From: Alkanindiges illinoisensis DSM 15370
GTDB taxonomy: Bacteria; Pseudomonadota; Gammaproteobacteria; Pseudomonadales; Moraxellaceae
Length of the DNA stretch: 32,000 bases
Assembly (NCBI RefSeq): GCF_000619845.1
Contig: NZ_JHUX01000004.1
Coordinates: forward strand, 60,001 to 92,000
Direction: 5' to 3'
Notes under the pieces: model-generated
What the model was told of the DNA's origin: nothing
Database searches by the model: none
Seen by the model: only the letters and a program-made list of their open reading frames with translations
Position numbers and translations under genes: made by a program
Part shown: in pieces, positions 27,089-32,000 of the stretch
Layout of the letters: every line of letters begins with the position of its first letter
Numbering within the stretch: the stretch's first letter is position 1

Positions 27089-28432
27089 TTAGCCTTTCTT
27101 TTTTCTTTTTCGCTCAGGATATAGATGTGAAACAATGGTTTCATCTTTTTCAGGCATTGGTAAACCAGCAGCATAAGAACGTAATGCACCAGCAGCCTTA
27201 AAAGGCTCATCCAGATCAAGCTCAGCCATCATCCGTAGAGCTTTCAAAGTGTAGCTGCGTTCTTTACTAAAGCGCTCCTTTGTATTTGTCACCTCAGATT
27301 CACTAGATGTTTTACTTGCCAACTGGCTCTCCAGCTCTGCTATACGCTGCTTTAATGCGTGATTTTCAGCCTGCAATTGTTCTGATTGGCGCTGGTTGTG
27401 TGCATCATCTGGCTTGCTTATGGTAGGGCTACCTATTGTGTCTGATTTTTCTTTTAAAAGGACTTTGGGGTTTAATAAATTCAGAACATCTTCTACTGGA
27501 AAAACCATATCTATAGCTTTGAAAGGAAGACCATGTGTATGGCTGGTTATATATCTAAAATAATTTTCTTCGGGAAATATTTTCTTATTTTCTTCATACC
27601 CAATATTATAAGTCTGGTCATAGTTATCAAATAAAGCAAAAGATTTTGACAGAAAATTGTTCTCGTCAAAGTCCTCACGAGATATTGAGAGTTCAAAAAT
27701 AGTATGGACGAAAGCATGTGTAATATTTATTGATGAAGCTTCATTAAGCTCATCACCAAAAAGGAATGGTTGGAAAATCTCCCTCAAATAAGGAGTTATA
27801 TATCCACTGAAACACAAATCCCCTTTTCCATTACCAAAACGATTTTGCCAAGCTAAAGCACCTTTATATAAAAAACATGGAAGTAAATTGCCCTTTAAAA
27901 TTAAGGAAATAAGGTCTGTAGCATTTAGCTTTAATTCAGTTTCTTTATTTAATAATAGTAAGGTCTCTGAAAGGTTCAAATACTTTTTAACATCCACATG
28001 CGTGTTTATGCCTGTGGATGTGTCCTTATAAGGTAAATTACTATTATTTTTTAACTCATCCTTGCCTTCTGGTAAATCTAAAGCTTTGATAATTGGGTGA
28101 TTAAAAAAATTTTCCTTTGTCCAAAACAGTTTATTAATTTGAATGATGGGATAAATAGGTATCAAATTAGCTTTTAAATACCTAATTCTGTCTCTAATAT
28201 TCCCTCCTATGCTCGCAAGCTCAAGGTAGTTGAAGGCTTTAACACCCATATCAACAGTAATTTCGTCAGCAGGAACAACCTCATTTAATCGATTTTTGTA
28301 ATATAAAGGAATTTTATGAAATTTTTGGGTAGTTAAATAAACTCCTAGATATGATTCATTATCGGACATGGCATCTAATAAAATCTCTACAGCGTCCCAA
28401 ACAAATATATATTTATTATCAATTATTTTCAT
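27089..28432 (-). CDS. Hypothetical 447-aa protein; AT-rich cargo in the int-alpA slot (candidate anti-phage, helper-interference or island regulator)
   Basis: A long uninterrupted ORF in a region of about 23-35% GC (hand counts of 60-nt lines), against about 43-48% for its neighbours. It has a C-terminal coiled coil QLQAENHALKQRIAELESQL and a basic tail ERKRKKKG. A weak motif is repeated three times (VWDAVEILL / NLSETLLLL / PVEDVLNLL). I recognise no catalytic motif. Confidence 0.7.
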   Translation of the reverse strand: MKIIDNKYIFVWDAVEILLDAMSDNESYLGVYLTTQKFHKIPLYYKNRLNEVVPADEITVDMGVKAFNYLELASIGGNIRDRIRYLKANLIPIYPIIQINKLFWTKENFFNHPIIKALDLPEGKDELKNNSNLPYKDTSTGINTHVDVKKYLNLSETLLLLNKETELKLNATDLISLILKGNLLPCFLYKGALAWQNRFGNGKGDLCFSGYITPYLREIFQPFLFGDELNEASSINITHAFVHTIFELSISREDFDENNFLSKSFALFDNYDQTYNIGYEENKKIFPEENYFRYITSHTHGLPFKAIDMVFPVEDVLNLLNPKVLLKEKSDTIGSPTISKPDDAHNQRQSEQLQAENHALKQRIAELESQLASKTSSESEVTNTKERFSKERSYTLKALRMMAELDLDEPFKAAGALRSYAAGLPMPEKDETIVSHLYPERKRKKKG

Positions 28433-28580
28433 AAAGCACCCTAATGCTAACTCCTAAACCTTATAAAACTTGATACTTAAAAACAGATTGTTAGGTAAAT
28501 AAGCGTTTAGGGAATACTTACTTGTCGGCTGGCCTGCCTATACCTAACAAGATAAATATAGCATGTGATCTAGTTGTTGA

Positions 28581-29909
28581 TTAACCTAATTTATTAAATG
28601 GAATAATCTCGCCTTGCATGGCATTAGGGTCTGACAAATAGGCCAGCCGTGCGCCTAGCAGTTCAAACGCGCGTTTTTGCTCTATGGCTGCGTCCCACTG
28701 GTTATAGGTCAGGTTTAACATGTCATCATCAGTATGGTTTAAGCACTTGCGCCTGATCTCGTTACTCACGCGCTGGCTGGCCATTACATTTGAAGCAGTA
28801 CGGCGTAGATCATGCGCTGTCCAGTGGCCGCCTTCCATTACCAATGACGTGTTATCACTGGCACGGCCATTAATAGGGTTAGTGTTTTGGCGGTCTGTAA
28901 ACTGCTTGTTGAGACTTTTAACATCCACATGGCTTGAGCGGTCACGGTTTGGAAATAACCACACGGCATCATCCACAAACTGAAAAAGCTGGTTAAAACA
29001 GTTCACCGTAAAATCTGACAAGTAAATTAAATGTTCCTTGCCGTTTTTGGCATTTTCTTTTGGGATTTTCCACATTCGCGCCTGTAGGTCGATATGCTTA
29101 CGCTGGGCTTTTAGTAGCTCACCTACTCGCGCTGCTGTAGCCAGTAAGATCAAAGCAGCAAGTTTAGCTTTTGGTGTCAGTGAACAATTGGGTAAAGCCG
29201 TTTGTAAAAAATGGATTAATTCATGGTCTTTAAAATGCCGTGTCTTAATATTGGCCTTGCCACTAAAGGCAATCTTCTTTAAGTGGCTGGTTGGGTCATT
29301 TTCAAGTAAGCCTATCCCAATGCCATAGCCGTACATTTGCCGGATATAGCCAAGTAAACGGCCAGCCATGACTGGTGAACCACGTTCAACCACATTTTGG
29401 GTTACTTGTGCTATTTGCTGGCGTGTCACTTCATCAGCGTAGAGCTTGCCAAGAATCGGCAACATATCGTTTTTAAATAAATCATCGACAAACTTTCCGC
29501 CATCTTTGTGCTTGCTAATTACCGCTTTAAACCAACGGTCATAAAGCTGTTGCATGGTCAGGCGGTTATTCAATAGCTGTTGCTCACGTTCACTTTGCTG
29601 GCGTGCAAGTTCGGCTTGCTGTAACTGTTCTAATCTCAGGCGCTCACGTTCGGCTAATGGGTCAAGTGTTGTTTCAGCGTTTCGCCTTTCCATGTTTAAA
29701 CGGCTGGCTTCAGCACGTGCCGCAACCAGTGACATATCAGGATAGTAGCCAAGCGGTAGCCATCGGGTTTTATTGTCGATCTTATAACGAAAGTAGAATC
29801 GTTTTACGCCTGTTGGTGTCACTTCAAGCACCAAGCCCTCACCATCGGACAAGGTGGTTTTCTTTTCTACCTGAATTTTCTTTATTTTTAATTCAGTCAA
29901 TTTGCCCAT
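28581..29909 (-). CDS. int: Tyrosine recombinase, P4-type integrase with an N-terminal arm-DNA-binding (DUF4102-like) domain
   Basis: 442 aa. The N-terminus LSDGEGLVLEVTPTGVKRFYFRYKIDNKTRWLPLGYYPDMSLVAARAEA is typical of the DUF4102 arm-binding domain. Catalytic motifs are present: ATAARVGELL (Arg), HDLRRTASNVM (HxxR) and LNHTDDDMLNLTYNQ (His...Tyr). Confidence 0.93.
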   Translation of the reverse strand: MGKLTELKIKKIQVEKKTTLSDGEGLVLEVTPTGVKRFYFRYKIDNKTRWLPLGYYPDMSLVAARAEASRLNMERRNAETTLDPLAERERLRLEQLQQAELARQQSEREQQLLNNRLTMQQLYDRWFKAVISKHKDGGKFVDDLFKNDMLPILGKLYADEVTRQQIAQVTQNVVERGSPVMAGRLLGYIRQMYGYGIGIGLLENDPTSHLKKIAFSGKANIKTRHFKDHELIHFLQTALPNCSLTPKAKLAALILLATAARVGELLKAQRKHIDLQARMWKIPKENAKNGKEHLIYLSDFTVNCFNQLFQFVDDAVWLFPNRDRSSHVDVKSLNKQFTDRQNTNPINGRASDNTSLVMEGGHWTAHDLRRTASNVMASQRVSNEIRRKCLNHTDDDMLNLTYNQWDAAIEQKRAFELLGARLAYLSDPNAMQGEIIPFNKLG

Positions 29910-29967
29910 TTTTTAATGCCTTTGCGTCGCCTGTTGCAGATATTGCAAGGGGTTGATAGGCCAGAAC

Positions 29968-29994
29968 TCACCTACACATTCACCTACACTTTTG
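29968..29994 (+). repeat. Putative arm-type integrase binding sites (P arm), the second copy of the 27-bp repeat
   Basis: Identical to 24169-24195. It lies between the int start codon (29909) and the attR core, 124 bp from the core. Confidence 0.6.
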
Positions 29995-30118
29995 CATAGG
30001 TTTTAATGACATTCTATAGGACGGCATGAAATAAGCAATTAAGTTAAAAACATTAAAAACAATCACTTAGTAATTTAATGAAACTGCATGATACTGTATA
30101 AAGTCATCATTATCATTT

Positions 30119-30166
30119 ATGGGGTGCAAGGGGTCGAAGGTTCAAATCCTTCCGTTCCGACCAATA
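30119..30166 (+). repeat. attR core: duplicated 3' end of tRNA-Pro (a non-functional partial copy)
   Basis: 48/48 identity to 24057-24104. It lacks the 5' 32 nt of the tRNA. Confidence 0.95.
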
Positions 30167-30662
30167 AAATCAATGATTTAAGCCATAATAACAAACTGCT
30201 ATTGCAAATTTTGCAAAATAGTTGCAAAATCAAATTTGTGTTTATCCCCTCAACTTATTAATCTTTTTTCTTTAAATGTTAAATAAGCATTCATCGTATT
30301 ACATTGCATCAGTAATTCACCTAGATCTAAAAACCATAGCAGCTTCTCCGTTGGTATGATCAATCGCGCTGATCTCTTTGCTTTAATTTATTCAATTGAA
30401 TTATTTATATTTATTCTTTCCTATAGTTAAAAACAATAAACCAGTCACATTAGTGATTAATCTGCATAAACTTCTTGTATAGCTCTGCTTATTAGCGATG
30501 GTTTTATTGATAAATCTGCCATTTTTTTCTCATTTTCTTATTTCTCTATAAACAGTTCACAGTCGTTTTGTCTTTTACCAGATGAACTGATCCTGAACTG
30601 ATACTGGCAAGCAGCCGGATCAGGTATATCTTTAAAACAAGTTTAAAAAGGAATTCAGGCAC

Positions 30663-32000
30663 ATGAATACTCAACAATTCAAATATCTGCTACTGGCATT
30701 TTCCTTGGGCACTGCAAACGCAACCTTTGCCGCGCAATATGTACGTTATAATGTAAATAGCGTACAGGGCCAGGCCAATTTAAAAGCCATGGAAATGGCA
30801 TTCTGGAAAATGAGGCAAATGGGCTGTGCCGATCCGCGCAGCTGGTATTATCAGGGTGCCATTCATCAGGTGCCGCAAAACCTTAAAACCAATCCCGATT
30901 GTCCCGACTTTGTGATCAAAAATAATCAGCCACCCGTATTAAAAACAGCATGGAGCAATTGCCCCCATGCGTCAGCCCATAGTCCGCAACGGGAAGCCAG
31001 TGACCTAAATTTTTTACTGTGGCACCGCTTATATACCGCACGGCTGGAAGCAGTGGTACGCCAGCTCTCAGGCAAAACCGACTTTACTATTCCTTACTTT
31101 GATTACCAGACTATTCAAACCTTGCGCCTGCCACCGCTATTACGCAACAGTCTGGTTCCTGCGCAAAATGTGCTATCCGGCAATATGGTGATTCCGGCCC
31201 ACCAAAGTGCACTTTACACCTCTGCCCGGCGCCCAAGCATGAATGCCGGCCAGACCATTGATTCAGGTGAAGCGGCAACCCTGAATCAGGCTATTGCTGC
31301 ACTGGACAATAACAGCCTGTTTATTACATTTAGCAATGCTATCAACCAGTCACCGCATGGCGAAATGCATGACTATCTGGGTGGCGATGGACAGGGAGTT
31401 GATAACCCGATTTTGCAAACCAGTGGCAAGGATTCGTCCGGACTCATGGCCAATGTCAGCAGTGCTGGTTTTGATCCGGTGTTCTGGTTGCATCATGCCG
31501 CCATTGACCGGTTATGGACCAAGTGGGATGCCAAAAATAAAAATAATCCCTATGCCCGTCCTAGCCTGCAAACACTCCAGCAACAACAATGGCCATTTGT
31601 GTTCTTTGATGCTAGCGGACAAGCGGTGCGTTATCGCACTGCGCAGGAAGTTTACCGAGCCGTGTATATGCCGGATTACCGCTACGACGACATGCCGCCA
31701 CAAGTGCTGGAACAGGCAGAAAACCCATCGAACAAATCACAAGCCAACAATCGTCCTTTGCTCAAAAAAGTGGTGCTGGAAAAATCTTTAGCCAGTCCTT
31801 TAACTAGCCAACACCAGATTATTAGTATTACTACAGCAGCACAAAATTCACCCTTGCAGTTCCTGCATAAGCTTAAGCAGCGGCTCATGTCCAGTTCAGT
31901 CAAGGCATGGACGCTGGAGCTTGAGCTACAGATAAAAGGCAATCCGGTAAATAACTATCAGGTGTTTTTGATTCAAAACAACCAGCGCCATTTTATCGGG
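30663..32000 (+). CDS. Secreted tyrosinase / type-3 copper polyphenol oxidase family protein (3' end beyond the window)
   Basis: My own translation from ATG 30663 (AAGGA SD) stays open for 446 codons to the window end. It has a signal peptide MNTQQFKYLLLAFSLGTANATFA|AQ, a CuA region CPHASAH...FLLWHRLY, and a CuB region PHGEMHDYLGG...GFDPVFWLHHAAIDRLW. It is missing from the ORF track because there is no stop in the window. Confidence 0.85.
   Translation, partial: MNTQQFKYLLLAFSLGTANATFAAQYVRYNVNSVQGQANLKAMEMAFWKMRQMGCADPRSWYYQGAIHQVPQNLKTNPDCPDFVIKNNQPPVLKTAWSNCPHASAHSPQREASDLNFLLWHRLYTARLEAVVRQLSGKTDFTIPYFDYQTIQTLRLPPLLRNSLVPAQNVLSGNMVIPAHQSALYTSARRPSMNAGQTIDSGEAATLNQAIAALDNNSLFITFSNAINQSPHGEMHDYLGGDGQGVDNPILQTSGKDSSGLMANVSSAGFDPVFWLHHAAIDRLWTKWDAKNKNNPYARPSLQTLQQQQWPFVFFDASGQAVRYRTAQEVYRAVYMPDYRYDDMPPQVLEQAENPSNKSQANNRPLLKKVVLEKSLASPLTSQHQIISITTAAQNSPLQFLHKLKQRLMSSSVKAWTLELELQIKGNPVNNYQVFLIQNNQRHFIG

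Noticed and set aside
30203-30230. Three tandem TTGCAAA(A/T)T units just outside attR, as a possible CRISPR or other array.
   Set aside because: The units are only about 9-11 bp, there are three copies, and there are no spacers. This is far too short for a CRISPR array. I kept it only as a possible regulatory motif upstream of the tyrosinase gene.
31294-31791. Track ORF of 165 aa (+), plus the minus-strand ORFs 31512-31703 and 31682-31942.
   Set aside because: All lie inside, and out of frame with or antisense to, the much longer tyrosinase reading frame (30663-32000), which has clear copper-site motifs. Their products are Cys/Arg-rich nonsense.

Overview
Chromosomal window from a gammaproteobacterium. 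From recalled similarity of L13, SspA/SspB, AckA-Pta and a split PntAA/PntAB/PntB it looks like Moraxellaceae, Acinetobacter-like but with higher GC; I cannot verify this here.

Positions 1-24100 are ordinary core genes:
- a partial TolC-family outer membrane protein
- rplM-rpsI
- an acyltransferase
- a ybdL-like aminotransferase downstream of alkB-alkA
- sspA-sspB
- a His-rich tail-anchored protein
- an alpha/beta hydrolase with a PilZ-like C-terminus
- proA
- a periplasmic DUF4198-like protein
- ackA-pta and rsfS
- an amtB paralog with an unknown partner gene
- pntAA-pntAB-pntB
- an EamA transporter, dusA and tRNA-Pro(GGG)

The stand-out is a 6,062-bp integrative element in the 3' end of tRNA-Pro (24057-30166), bounded by perfect 48-bp direct repeats. 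All its genes are on the minus strand:
- a P4-type tyrosine integrase
- an AT-rich 447-aa protein of unknown function
- alpA
- four small translationally coupled ORFs, two of them winged-helix DNA-binding proteins
- an iteron cluster
- a 780-bp ORF-free repeat-rich region
- an orphan small terminase (TerS)

The element has no capsid, tail, lysis or TerL genes. I read it as a minimalist phage satellite of the PICI/PICMI type. The 447-aa gene in the int-alpA slot is the best candidate for an undescribed anti-phage, helper-interference or regulatory function.

Several cis elements are visible directly: arm-type integrase sites, a four-half-site dyad operator, iterons and repeated coupled-gene junctions.

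Two real ORFs run off the window edges and are missing from the ORF track: the TolC-like gene at 1-861 and a secreted tyrosinase at 30663-32000. I saw no CRISPR array, IS element or rRNA.
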